64,000 nucleotides of DNA from Harriotta raleighana. Taxonomy: Eukaryota. A model generated the notes under the pieces. That model ran no database searches. It worked only from the letters and a program-made list of their open reading frames with translations, and had not been told where the DNA came from. Position numbers and translations under genes: made by a program. The stretch spans positions 2,717,367 to 2,781,366 of the forward strand of contig JBNZDD010013679.1 in NCBI GenBank assembly GCA_050575255.1, given 5' to 3'. Positions 24,425 to 37,707 of the stretch are shown piece by piece; position 1 is the first letter of the stretch; each line of letters opens with the position of its first letter.

Positions 24425-24980
24425 AGTATCTGAACCATGTGGAACCCCCACCATGCTTAGGTATATCACAACCACATGAAAAGGTACTATATCATATGCA
24501 GGGATGTTTTTATTTTTATAGAGCAGACTGGGAGTTTCACATTAGTATGCCAACGATATATTCTATTGCAGACAAATTACCTGTGTCTAGAATGGAATAT
24601 GTTCTCATTCCATAAAGAGATGCACCCTGTTTACTTAATCTTGAGGAACAGGTTGGCTAGAGCCAAGGCTTGTGAATCCCAGAGTGGATATTGGGCTACT
24701 GCTGGAATCCATTTCACTAAAACTATCTAGATGAATGGCAAGTTTCCCGCTACTTATCCAGCTATGACCAGCTATGACTATTAGTGCCGTAGCTTCCTGG
24801 GAGGTGAGTTGGAATAATCCCTATCCAAGTGACACGTCTGCCAGGCTGGCTGGTTTGTTATCAGCAGTGCCTGACATTGCTATGCACCTGCCTGGCTCAG
24901 AAGCCACACTTACAAAATCCTCTGTTGGCAAGTCATCTCCGATACAACTCAGCTCCAAGTAGATTCCACTTACTCCCCCC
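24425..24980 (-). repeat. Family U copy
   Basis: Shared blocks with the reverse complement of 15060-15625: 'catgtggaaccc', 'ggctactgctggaatcc', 'gccaggctggctg', 'agctccaag'. Confidence 0.7.
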
Positions 24981-27494
24981 CCAAATGAGGATAGCCTGTC
25001 TTTATTATGTACAAAGTCTGCACTGTAAAAATCACTACTCTAAAATGCACTAAGGAAACTCAATGAATACTATGTAAGTATTACCCACAACATTCATGAT
25101 AATAATTTAGCACAGTATAATTCACAGAGCTATTACGTGCTGGCAAATGATTGCTGCAAGCTCTATTTGGTGCTTTGAGCTAATCGTATCACTCCTAACG
25201 CCTTTCAATTCTGCTTTCTTTGATTTAAAAGTAGAATTTGTATCACCATTTAAAAATAAAGTTCACAATCTACATTTTACTGAATGCTCTGACACAGGAG
25301 TAATTATCATTGATTATTATTAGTGATTAGCAGGAATAATTAACAGGAGTAATTATCCACACCTACTTTATAAAGCAAAATTCATATTTCACTCCTGGAA
25401 CAATTTTGGATGCAACAATATGGGTTTAGCGTTCCAAAGGGCAATTTCAGGACAGATATCAGGACATATTGTTATACCCAGAGGGTAATTAACAACTGGA
25501 ACAGCTTCCTCAGAGTGGTGGTTGAGGTCAGACTCTAAACAAACTGCTTGATGGTTTTGGGGGGGAATGGTAGGCTGGGTGTTCAGGACAGATGAGATCA
25601 GATGGACCGTTGGGTTTTACCAATATTGTGATTCTAACCAAATGAGAAATAAAATGCCTGTTTCAGCCTGAATTTGAGATATTGTGTCTTTGGCAGCTTG
25701 AATGCGGAAACAGTAGACTCCAAAATAGAGTCCTCCATGTCCATTTCTAAGGTTTGACTGGCATTAGAACTGAGCTTCTCTCATTTGACTAGAATTTGCC
25801 AGGTTTCTAGGTAGACCAGTGGATTTGAGCCTCATATCAAACAATACTGGCGATTTCTATAGAGGCCTGTGATGAAAACTGTGGCAGCAAAAGATAATCA
25901 AGAGGTAAACATGTTGGGATTATAATGGTTCAATGTGATTAGTGTTGCCAGTGATGTTTAGAATCTGTGTTCATTCAAAGAAGACAGTTTCTCTCTGTGT
26001 CCTAGCCATCAAGCCCCCTAGATAAAATCAGTCATTCACTTCATGGCTGTTTAGGTACTTGCGTACTTGCGGACATTGTGTACAAAGTAACTGTTGAGTT
26101 TCACCTACAAATAGTCCTTCCACTTTACAGTAAATTCTGAAGCGCTTGAAATGTCCTCCTACTGTTAATAATAATCTGTGCATTTGATATAGAAGCCTTA
26201 TCATGTTGTTGAGATTTCTCAAAAGTACCTCACAGAATATACTCTAAAATGAATTAACTGTATTTCATGGGTGAATTATTAGATCCAGTGTAAGAATTAT
26301 CATGATCATTATTATTAAACACTAAGAAACAACTTGGGGGCAGAAAAGCCCTCCAAATTCTAGGAAATTGTTTTCCTCCCAGTTTGTTTTCAGCTCAGTA
26401 TTGATTAATAAAAAGACATTCCAAAATTTCAATGTGAAATTCTAGCCACGGGGGCAGTTGTCAACTTTTTTTAAAAAAAATTGGGAACTATTTTTCAGCC
26501 ATCAGCAGCTAAAGAAATACGAAATACGAAATCCGCACTGTTGCCAGCCCCAAAACACAATTAACCCATAAAGCCATGTGGTACAAATCACATCATTTGC
26601 AGAGTTACAAACCCTGAAAATGTAAATGTACCACTCACCCATCCACCCACGTACACATACACAAACACCACCACCACCACCATTATCTGAAAAAGAGAAA
26701 AGAAACAAGACAAAATATTTATAAATTGCAGTGACCCCTTATAACATTGCATTCAGTGAAGATCAGAATAATCCCTGTGGAGTATTCTCTGCCAGTGTTT
26801 ACACCCATCATTGCCTTGGGTCACTTCATGTGCTGAACGTTCAACATTGCTAAATTGCCAGCTCAAAGCGTGGGCTGTATTTTTCTTCACTGCAGTAAAC
26901 ACCAGGAAATTCATGTTAGGCCATTTACTCTGTGCACTGATGCACAGCAGCTTTCAAATTGCACATTTTTGTTTGCTAGTGCTTGTCAACTAGTGCTAGA
27001 GTAAGTTACTGCACCATGCGCACTATGGATTTCATAAAAGTTAACAGCAGATTTTTCACCAAAACATGCTTTTGTATTGTATCAGTGGCTGCTTGAAAAA
27101 AAAAATTCTGGAATCTTACAGACTGTATAAACAACAACACCAAATTAGATTTATATAGCGCCTTTCACCTCGGCAGAACATCCAAATGATAAAGTCCAAA
27201 AATCTAATTTGGTAAAGTTAAATAAAATAAACCCGGCTTCTTATTCAGGGCACAATCTCAGCACACAGCAACTCTTAGCCTGTCAGTGTCACCCAAGTGT
27301 GGTTATCTAGTGCATCTGAATGAAAGAAACTGGACGTTTCATTAGAATTTACAAGAGGCAAGGGCATTGTGAGCATTTGTTAATCAATAATAGTTCCAAA
27401 GTTTACAGTCAAACATGTAGAGGCAAATATGGCTTATGGGAATAAACATATGGTAAATACTACAATTCAACAGGACAATGATTCACATGAACGA

Positions 27495-27910
27495 ATAATA
27501 ATAATTTTTGCATATCAAATCGTGCCTTGTCATGACAATGAAATATTTCAAATTGCTCCACTGGATTTACTGTGAAATGCAGTGACTATTTTCCTAGGTG
27601 AACTTGGCAGTTACTTGCAATCACAGCAGTGTCACAGAAAATGCTATGAAATGAATGACCAATTTTATCCAGAGGTTGTCAGCCAGAACACTGAGGGAAA
27701 TGAGAAAAGAGAAACTCCCTTCTTTTTTCAAGCAATGCCACGGCATCTTTAGCTTCCACACAAACGGACAGATCGGATGTAAGTTCAATCATCTCAGCTG
27801 ATGGAGAACCCCCTCAGCATTGCCTAGACTTGTGAAATCAAAGTCGTGATGTGCCCTAACCTTCTGACTCAAAGGCAACAGTGCAAACAACTGAGCCAGG
27901 CTGACACACA
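27495..27910 (-). mobile_element. S-old SINE
   Basis: Head in reverse complement: 'aaccttctgactcaaaggcaacagtgcaaacaactgagccaggctgaca'; tail near 27500. Confidence 0.7.
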
Positions 27911-27952
27911 TTTTGCAAGGTCATGAAAGAGTTAAAAACTAAAGGAGCCTGT

Positions 27953-28335
27953 TGTCAGCCTGGTTCAGTTGGTAGCACTGAGTATTGTTTGTAGGTTCAA
28001 GCCTCTTATCAGGACCTTGAGCCCACTGTCTAGGCTGACACTCCAGTGCAGAGCTGGGGAAGCACTGCATCATCAGAGATGCCATCTTTTGGAATAGACG
28101 TTAAACCAACCGATGTCTATAGATGTGCAGTTCAAAAAAAGCACTGCTCAAAAACAGAAGGTGATATCCTAGCCACCAATTCGCAAATTCACTATTAACT
28201 TCATGGCTGTATGTAAATGAGCTGCAGTTCATCTACAAAATACAGTCACTACACATCGCAGTAAAATCATGGAAGCATTTTGAGATACCTCGACAGCGTG
28301 ATAAGGCATAATATCAAATGCAAGGATTATTTATT
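27953..28335 (+). mobile_element. S-old SINE
   Basis: 'tgtcagcctggttcagttggtagcac..ggctgacactccagtgcag..agacgttaaacc..atcaaatgcaaggattatt'. Confidence 0.75.
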
Positions 28336-28969
28336 TATGAAATGGAATGTAAATTATACAGCAGACCAGATATTCTTACAAGTCTTGGTAATGGAAGTAA
28401 CTTTGTTCCAATTGAATGCTATTGCTTGAAGGCACCAGAGCGTTTACTGGCATGATGGCAAATGGAAAGATTCTGCAGAGGACGGTAGGAATTTCTAATC
28501 TTAGGCTCTCATCACATCTCTACAGTATAATCAAAGAGTGCTTGTTTAATTTAACAGTTTAGAAAGAGGGAAGCTTTCCCGTTCCCAGATGGATCCCACA
28601 CACCTTGTTGAGGCTATAAAATTTTGACACTCTGACATCAGGCCAGGCACTACAACACATCTGTGGTTTTCATTCTCTGGTGTCCTTCAACCACGGCATT
28701 TAATTACAACCATCATCACCAGCTGCTCCTCTGTGAAGTTGGTTTGTTGCAATACTTTCATCCGATGCAGCATCAGGTAAAGCCAGCAGATGTTGGTGAA
28801 ATATTCTGAGTGCCGTGAGAACAAATATATCATATGAAATGTGTGAAGGGGAGAAATTTCACAGTTTGGGGATTCTTGTAGGACCTTAGGAGTTGACACC
28901 AGATTCTGTACCATACACTCCATCCTGAAACTACTGTGGGTGCATCCCTTTCTAACCCAGTGTAAAAAG

Positions 28970-29290
28970 AATTGGTATAGTGCCTTTTCGTGTCAGAAGA
29001 ACCTCTCAAACCACTTCACAAGATGTACTATAAAGTGGGTTAACTGTGTTTTTATAGGCAAACGTGGCAGAACAATGGCAATGTGCCACAAACATGCATG
29101 GAGCAAGTGACCAATTTTTGGGAGTGATTGTTGGCCAGGACACCTGGATCAAGTCCCTTCACTTTTTGAACAGGAATATTGCGGAATAGGGGAGGTATAG
29201 CAATACTCTTCAGCGAACCACTTTAATTTGCCTTGTTAAGTCTAATCTTAACATTCTATGAGAGCCAACACTAACCAAGAGTTAAGACAC
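28970..29290 (-). mobile_element. S-old SINE, degraded
   Basis: Reverse-complement tail 'tatagtgccttttcgtgtcagaagaacctctcaaaccacttcac' and 'gttggccaggacacc'. Confidence 0.55.
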
Positions 29291-29299
29291 TGCCAACAA

Positions 29300-29374
29300 T
29301 GGTGAAGTGAAGAGCGCTCTGAGACGCCGTCCGGCGTGGAGGGCGCTATCTAAATCGAAGTTGTTATTGTTGTT
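29300..29374 (+). mobile_element. Ultra-short L2 type-B tail with an intact stem-loop
   Basis: AGCGCTCT-GAG-ACGCC-GTCC-GGCGT-GG-AGGGCGCT-atctaaatcgaagttgttattgttg. Confidence 0.8.
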
Positions 29375-29399
29375 GAGAAAGGTCAAGCAAGAGGCTAGA

Positions 29400-29815
29400 G
29401 CTGGGCTAGTGAATGCAGCAGAGAGTGGAGTGAGAAGAAAGCAGGTCAGAATAGGTAGTGGGGTGGTATGGAGTGAACTGATTTGTAGACAAGTGGGTGG
29501 ACATTGAAGAAGATTTGTTCTGTGATAGGGAACCAGTGGAGTTTGATGAAAACTGATGTGATGGAGATGTGGAGTTCAGAGCAGGTGAGTATATAGGCGG
29601 AAGAGTTTTTTAATTAGTTCTGTTCGATTTTGTGAACAGTGCAACTGAGGAGACAATGGCAAGGAGGGCAATGGAATAATCAATGTGAGAGGTAATTAAA
29701 ACATTGATAAGGGTTTTGGCTTCTTGGGTGAGAGGTACGGTCGGAGGTGTGCAATGTGACAAAGATGGAGAAAAGCAGTCCTGGTCAAGGACTGGATGTG
29801 GAGATGGAATGGACA
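29400..29815 (-). mobile_element. L2 LINE fragment
   Basis: ORF 29610..29816 LTQEAKTLINVLITSHIDYSIALLA. Confidence 0.7.
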
Positions 29816-31974
29816 CCTGGGGATGTAGAACAAACCTATCAAAAATATTTGGCCTAAGTCCAACATGAATTATAGAAACTTACAGCGCAGAAGGAAGCCA
29901 TTCAGACCATCGAGTATGCACCAACTCTCGGAGCAATCTATACTTTCAATCCCACTGCCCTGCCCTATTGCAAAACTAATACAGTACAAACCTCTAACTT
30001 TCACATGCCCATCTACATCACTAGTGAAACCAACATGGACTTTGCCTGTACCATTTCACATGGCAAGGTGTTCCACATCCCAATAACAGTTTCTTTTTGA
30101 GAACAATTTTTTTTAACAAAACAAAATTCGCCATAATTCTTAACGATCTTACCTGTTAATGATCTTACATGTATATTTTCATTCAGAAATATCCAATCAA
30201 TTCACTTTACAGTAAATTCTGTGAGGAACTTTGAGACAGTTAGAAGATGTGAAAATGCGCTATATCAAATGCAAGGAGTATTATTATGATTAAGACAAAA
30301 TATTCCTACATATTCATATGTTTTTGGAATAGCAACTCTGGTCACCTACTGCCAGGTCCTATTTGTTACTGGAACCTAAATGGGAGACCTGTTCTGTAGG
30401 ATAGTCGAAACCAGCGTGTAATAAAAGGTTGCATAAGTCGTAGGCTTATTGTCACAGAGGAAATGTGGTGATTCATGGGCAGGATGTCATGTTACAAATA
30501 TTAATGCAAGAGGAGGATAGCTCCAGTGGCACTGATGCACAAAATAATAGATAAGAGATTGTTGTATAAATAGTTTGCCACAATTGAGGTTAGCTTCGCT
30601 GGAACATGCTGACACAGAGGCACTGAGAGGTTTGAGGGCTTCCCAAATGGATACTCACACAGCTGCTCTCTTTCAATGGATACCAGTCTTCAAGGAGCCA
30701 TCACTGCTGGTTGGAAAATCTTGGCAATAGGTTGAAACTGACCAGAGGGATGGCTTGAGGACCTCCTGGATCCACAATAAAATGCCCTCGAGCAGGGTAC
30801 ATCAAATAATCTGCTGTTGATTTAGGAAGAGTGTTCACTGCTGGTGTTTTATGAAGGCGGATTTGAAAAAATGTTCAGCAATAATTGAATATATTATTAC
30901 TATTTTACATTTATACAGCACCTTTCACATCCAACACGCTTAAACATCCTGGCTTGGCACCCAAGCTGGAAGTTGGAGTTGAGGGGAAAGATAAGACCCA
31001 AAACACCGTTGAACAGGTACATCTTGAGACAGACCTTGAAAATGAGGTGATGGGGGGTGGAGGAGGGGGCAAGTCAGAAGGATATTAATCACAATACAAC
31101 ATTTAATTTATGTTATGGAGATTTTCCATATGATTAATCTGTTTTTAGGTCTGACACACATCGAAACCCATCAGGATGCTTTAGACTAGAGTCTCTCGTC
31201 CAGACTGAGAGTTTCACATTAGTAGCCATTTTCATCAGTTCTTAAAAAGAAACACCTAAAATGTAGAAGGTAGGAAGCTGAGCCTTGACTCACAGAACAT
31301 TAGCCTTCACAACTCAGTATTATGAGTTGTGCATGACATTTTGTCTCTTTTGTGTGGAAATGGGCTGCCGTGTTCACCTACAAAATGCATAGTCATATTT
31401 TATAGTAAATCCTATGCTTTGAAATGTCCTCCTGATGTAAAAGGCACTATCAAAATGTAAGGAACATAATTAATTGGACAGCCATTTCATGTTGAACCCT
31501 ATCCATCTCTGCCTGTCCAATGTCTTCAACATGAAGCATGTGAAGAGGAAAAGTAGTAGCCCAACAAAGTCCTATCTATTTGAACACCTGAGAAAGATCA
31601 TCAATATAATAAAAATCCTTTGATTTTGTATAGTGCCTTTCAGGGGATATCTTAAACCACATCACAGGATTTACTACAGTGACTCTGTTTTGTGGGCGAA
31701 TTTTGCACATTTCATTTAAAGATTGGTGAGAGATTATGAAGGAGAGATTCCCCAATGTGAAAGATACATTCAAATGTAAGGATGGTTAAGAACTCCAATT
31801 TAGGATTAAATGATGATTTTCCTACAACTTACACAAAGGCTTCATTTGCAATATTCATAACTTGGATTTTGTTTTGATGTCAGCCACTCTCCTAGGACAG
31901 TGTCGGCCTCCCCAATTCCTCCCTCCATAGGCTGCAGGTAATTCAGAATTCCACAGCCTGTCCCGCACCAGGTT

Positions 31975-32512
31975 CTGCGACCCTGTCACTCCCAACTCCC
32001 ATCACTCAAAGGATTCAATTAAAGATCATGGTCCTCACCTTCAAAGCCCTCCATTGCCTTGCCCCACCCTACCTCTGTGACCTCCTGACCCCTACCAACC
32101 TGTCCACTTCCTCCACTTAGCGGGCTCTATCCTGCTCCATGTCTCCTGAACCACCCACCCTACCGTCGGCAGGTGATCCTTCAGCCACTCTGCCCCCAAC
32201 CTTTCGAATTCCATCCCACAATCCCTCCGCCTTGCCCCCTCCCTAGCCTCAAGGTCTGCCTCAAGACTCTCCTCTTCACTGTGCCATTGGGCTACCCGAT
32301 CCCAACCCAGTTCANTTCGAATTCCATCCCACAATCCCTCCGCCTTGCCCCCTCCCTAGCCTCAAAGTCTGCCTCAAGACTCTCCTCTTCACTGTGCCAT
32401 TGAGCTACCCGATCCCAACCCAGCTCGNGAATGAAACACTGATTGTCGTGAACCTTGGGACACCCTTCCGACATGAAAGGTGCTATACAATGTATTTTTG
32501 TTGATGTTGTTG
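31975..32512 (+). mobile_element. L2 3' fragment (tail A) containing an N-flanked 112-bp duplication
   Basis: Same region as 5690-6148; 32203-32314 is repeated at 32316-32427. Confidence 0.8.
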
Positions 32513-32679
32513 TCTGACAAGAACTCAACAACTATGACTTGAGTAGTAGAGGGCAAGATTAATTGTATCACTACCTATTGATAGGAGAGATGGAAAACGT
32601 TATTTGCAAACAGATTTGCCTTTCATTGATTCAATAACTGTGCTAAGTACAACCAATTATTGCATTTTTTAACCTTTAG

Positions 32680-33562
32680 TTTAATGTGGATAAATGTGAA
32701 CTGATGCATTTTGGGAGGAAGAATGAGGTGAGGCAGTATCAGCTAGATGGTAGAATTTTACAGGGGAATGAAAACAGAGAGAACTGGGGGTTCATATAAG
32801 TACATTTTTGAAGGTGGCAGGAAACAGGTAAATAAAGTTGTTAAAAAATCATACGGGATACTAGCCTTTATAAATAGGGGCATAGAGTACAAAAGTTAGA
32901 AAGTTATGATGAGCCTTTATAAAACACTGGTTAAGCCTCATTTCTGGGCTCCACATGGTAGGAAGGATGTCAAGGTATTGGAGAGAGTGCAAAGGAGATT
33001 TATCAGGATGGTACCAGGAATAAGGGACTTCAGTTATCAGGAGAGGCTAGAAAAGCTAGGATTACTCTTCTTGGAGCAGAGAAGGTTAAGACGAGACTTA
33101 ACAGAAGGTTTTCATTATGAGGGGATTCGATAAGGTAAACAAGGAGAAACTATTTCCACCGGCGCGAGGGTCAGTAACCCGAAGACACTGATTTAACATC
33201 GTTGTTAAAAGAAGCAGATGGGAGATGAGAAGAAATGTTTTCATACAGTGAGCTGTTCGAATCTGGAATGCATTGGCTGAGAGAGTGGTGGAAGCCGATT
33301 TAATAACTACTTTTTAACACACCAACAAAATTACATTTGTAAAGCACTTTTCATGTCGGGAGGATGTCCCAATATGCTGAGAGAGAAGTAGATTAAGAGA
33401 GAAGAGAGAAGTAAATAGTTATTTGAAGGAGGAAAGTTTTGCAGGGCTATGGGAAAAATTTGCAGGAGTGGGATTGCCTTTGGATAGCTCTTTTCAAAGA
33501 GCCGGCATAGACACGATGGTTCGAATGGTCTCCTTCTGTACTGTACAATTCTATGTTTCTAA
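32680..33562 (+). mobile_element. CR1 LINE 3' region, with a short L2 tail inserted at about 33317-33373
   Basis: ORF 32906..33133 LYKTLVKPH..WAPHGRKDVKVLERVQRRFIRMVPGIRDFSYQERLEKLGL; tail 'ttctatgtttcta'. Confidence 0.9.
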
Positions 33563-34704
33563 GAAAGTCAAACTTAAAAAAAAAATTGTAGACTACATGG
33601 CCCCTTTCTTCTTTTTAAACAACACTGACTTTATCGGGTAACTTTTCTTCTGTACATTGTATGAAGAAATTACAATACTTTGTGGACCCAATCATGATGT
33701 GAATATTGCAAATTGGACGGCTTTCGCCGGTGGCAATCAGGATTCTCAATTAACACATTGAATGCTGTTGGCAAATGAGAGTCTAGGATCACACCACACC
33801 GAGAAATGCTTTTCTGAATCCTAATTCAGACTCCAAATCCCTGGAACGACGCCAAGATTCAGATATTCAACTGTCGCAGTTGTGCAGATAATTTCCCACT
33901 TGGCTTAATATCTAGAATTGCTTCTCACAATAAAGGAACAAACCAATCGAAAGGAAACGATGAGCGCGTTTTTTTTCTGCTATTGAGCAGCAGCACTGAC
34001 CCGGACTGATCACCTAATTCTTCCTGTTTAACAAAGCTTTTACAATATGCAATTGGTTCAGTATTCTTAAGGCGCTGCAGTCATCAATTTGTTTCAGGAG
34101 GTATCCTTGATTAGAATTTCAGAAGTTAATAAATGAAGAATATAAATCTTGCAGACCGAGTAATCAATCTGAGCCACCTTTTTTCTTCAGCCTTTCCCAA
34201 ACTAAGGAAGCGTTAAGATAGAAATCTAACAGGAGGAGGACATTGCATTTTGAAGGAGTATTGTACAATTAAAAAAACATCTGTTAAACTGAAGTTTTCA
34301 TAAGATTCAATGACAGATGATTGATTTTTCTCTTTCTGTTTAATCTCAACACACATGTCCAATGTTATTATGTCTCACATTCTCACTGGCAAAGAAGAAA
34401 GCTTCACAATCCCTCACCAATCTTTAAATGAAATGTGCATAGATCTCTGGCAAACAATTAGTCATAAGGAAGTAGTCCAGTAATTTAAATAGTTATCTAT
34501 GGGCATATATATTACTTTCTAATGCTTCATTAATCTTTGTGCTTAAGGAGATAGAATGCAGAAGTTTTTCAATTGGGGCTCTTTTGACCCTCAAGTTGCA
34601 TCCTCCTCCTCCTGTTTCAATCTCTGAATTCAAATGAAATGGTGATATTGGTGTTTTTATCTGAAATGCTTTGTGCTTTCAGAACTGGTTGTTCCATAAG
34701 ATAA

Positions 34705-35140
34705 TAACATTAACAATAAGCATTGCATTTTATATAGGACCTGTCATGTTGGGATGACATCTCAAAGCACTTTGCAGGATATACTGTAAAGTGGGGAGAT
34801 GGTGTGTTTTGTGTGTGAACACAGCACCAATTTACACACAGCAATGTCCCATAAACAGCCAAGACATGAATAATCTTTTTTTCTGGGGGATTGTTGCCAT
34901 GACACCAGGAGAAATTCCCTCCTCTTTTCAAATAGGGCTATTGGATCTTTAATGTCCATCTAAACAGGCAGATGGCCTCTTAATTTAACATCTCATCTGA
35001 AGGGCACATGTCCAACCAAGTAGCAAACCCGTATTATTAAACTGAGGTATTGGCCTGAACAAGTCATTGTCACAGGGCTTGAACCTACAAACCTTCTGAC
35101 TCAAAAGTGAGAGGGCAACTAACTAAGTCAGGCTGACATA
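34705..35140 (-). mobile_element. S-old SINE, full length
   Basis: Reverse-complement tail at 34705, Deu core 'ggatctttaatgtccatctaaacaggcaga..ttaacatctcatc', head 'aaccttctgactcaaaag'. Confidence 0.75.
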
Positions 35141-35274
35141 CAAATATGAAGCTCATGAGAAAAGTATGGATGTCTTTGGGAGTCATTGATAACTCAGTGA
35201 GTGTATAATAAGTTTATTATTACCAAAGTAAAATGTTCCATTTGATTAACATTCAGTCCTACATCTTAGAAGAT

Positions 35275-35660
35275 CCCCAAATAGATCAGAAGAAGAAGGC
35301 CCTTCTGGCCAATCCAATCTTGTCTCTCCAGAAGACCCACTCTACAATTATCCCATCACAGTATCAAGTTTATTTTTAAATGAGTCCAGTGTCCTGGCCT
35401 CAATTACCTTTCATGATAACCTGTTCTAGTCATTCATCACTTTCTGAATAAGGATAAACTTCCTGGTTCCTGGTTCTGAGGAAGGGTTGTGGACCCGAAA
35501 CGTTGACTCACTTCTCCATGGATGCTGCCTGACCTGCTGAGACTTCTGTTTTTGTTTTAAACTTCATGGTCCTGAAATTGCTCTTTACAACACTAAACGC
35601 ATGTCCTCTTGTTTTACTACCTTGTTGCCTTGTAAAGTGTGATCTGGGTTTCACATCTTG
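35275..35660 (-). mobile_element. Old CR1 3' fragment hosting a Penelope-like insert
   Basis: 'agaagaaggcccttctggccaatc..gcctcaattacctt..ctgttctagtcattcatcactttctg..gcatgtcctcttgttttac'. Confidence 0.55.
35472..35557 (+). mobile_element. Penelope-like half element with hammerhead core
   Basis: GGTT-CTGAGGA-A-GGGT(tgtgg)ACCC-GAAA-CGTTGAC followed by the right arm of the 14340 element; flanks taaacttcctggttcctg / taaacttcatggtcctg resemble a TSD. Confidence 0.7.
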
Positions 35661-36187
35661 GAAAAGTAAAGCAGTGACATATCTCCGTACATTTCAGGTC
35701 TGTCCCATGAGCTGCAACACAGGAGCCCTAAACTCTCAACAACTCACAGATGTAACTTCAAAGTCTACACTCTACCGATCAACACTCTTGGGACTGAGTT
35801 TGTCCGTCTAAGTCTATCTCGTGGCTCAAACTTCCACCTAATCTTAGCCGGGAACACCATTTTGTGTTAAAATTTAAGACTGAATTAATACAAATTACAG
35901 TTGTATGGCACCTTTTACATTGGGAGGACTGAGGTGGGAGTGCATAGAATTGTGGGAAAACTTGGAAGCTGGTTCCATTCTGCAGAAACTCAGCTTTCAA
36001 GCAAAAAAATGCATTTAATAAATTTTTATGCATGTTAATGACGTTAACATTCAAGACAATATAGTCTTGCAGGCTTTGATTAATGGGATTTCAAGTTTTT
36101 TGTGCATTGCAGGTGGGGCCATATGTTCAAGATTTGAATGGAACAGGAAGAAGCAACATGAGGGGCAGATCCTATTCAGAAATTAAG

Positions 36188-36336
36188 GAGAGAGAGAGAG
36201 AGACCCACACAGACACATTCAGAGATGCAGAGAGAAAGAGACAGACACACAAACAGAGATAGTTAGCGAGGCAGAGATAGGGGGGGGAAACACACACACA
36301 CACACACACACAGTCATCAAGGTAGAGAGAGAGACA
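36188..36336. repeat. Compound (GA)n/(CA)n microsatellite
   Basis: Directly visible. Confidence 0.85.
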
Positions 36337-37502
36337 ACACCTTATTGCACCTTAAATTCTTCCTTTTCAACCATGCTACAATCACCTTCACTCTTTTCCT
36401 AATTTGGCATCCACCACTTTTAAGTGCGCTCAGATGCTACTTTGCGTATAGGGCACGAGATAAATCCAAGTTGTTGTTGTAGCTAACCTCTTGATCCCAA
36501 GTAACACAAGTAAAGGGTTATTAAACATTGCAAATTTCAATAAAACTGGTCAATGCTCAAGAACTTGACATTGATGGATGGTCAGTTGTTCGACTTGGAC
36601 CAATTTCACTTAACAAGCAGTCGTGTGGCCACACCCACGCTCTGCGAACAGCCTGGATCATCACAGAGCTTTGATCCTAATGCAATCAGCCTCGGGTATA
36701 TGTATTCTCGTCCCAGCATAAATTCCAATGTACTGAAGCACTCCAAGTTCAATCTAATTGCACAGAGTTAGATTGTTGAACCAAGTGTCGTACATAGCAC
36801 AATGATTCAATTTATTTTCTCAATGCTTCAACACACTAAAATAATAATCCTTACACTGTGCAATTTCACCTAGAGACAGCAGCAGGCTTCCTGAAAATCT
36901 GAATTCTTTGGGTAAAATTGTTGGTAAAATTGTTCAGTGTGTGTTTTTCTCCGCTTTCTCTGGGCTTCCGATTGCCAAATAAAAACATTAAATGGGCCGT
37001 GGCACACAGATTTGCGAAATATTTTATCCACAGGTTATAGGAATTTCAGATTTAAACGTTAATACATTTTTCGGCGAATTACTCGCACATTCATCACGAT
37101 TCCACCCTTCAACATGTTCCATAAATGTGCCGTTAATGTGGAGTGACGCTTCAGAAAAGGAGAAAAAAAAATTGTTGTTCAATCTGAACCAAAGTATTCA
37201 CAAACTATCAGAGCAAAACAACATTTTGCATGTATAAAGTGCGATATAGTTTTAACAGTTAAGACAATTTTGAATGTGCAGATATAATCATGTGGAATGA
37301 TGTCTAGATTAATCTTTATCGCTCAAACAAGTAAATGTTTTTGTTGAACTACATCTTTACGGGGGATATAAAGCAAGGCATTTGGGGATTGTGAATCCAG
37401 TCATCGATATTAAGTACTGTATCAGCATCTGCTCAGTTGCTGGAAGCTTCAATTCTGACCTTCTCAAATCCCCACATCACACTCTCTTCAAATTCCACCT
37501 TA

Positions 37503-37705
37503 AAACAACAACAACTTCTTGCATTTATATAGTGTCCTTCACCTGGGGCAGTGTGTCGGAGCACTTAATAGTGGAGGAATGCAACACCAAGCTGAGGGAA
37601 TGTAGGAGGTGACCATCAGCTTTGTCGAAGAGGGAGGTCTTCAGTTGTGATCTAAAAGTGGGGAAGGAGGCAGCAAAACAGAGGAATTGAGAGAGAGAGT
37701 TCCAA
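37503..37705 (-). mobile_element. L2 3' end (tail B)
   Basis: 'aacaacaacaacttcttgcatttatatagtgtccttc..ggtcttcagttgtga..gagttccaa'. Confidence 0.7.
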
Positions 37706-37707
37706 CA

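Noticed and set aside
32203-32428. 112-bp tandem duplication within an L2 3' region
   Set aside because: Each copy ends at a single N (32315 and 32428) and the copies differ at only 4 sites. It is most likely an assembly artefact (two haplotypes or overlapping contig ends).
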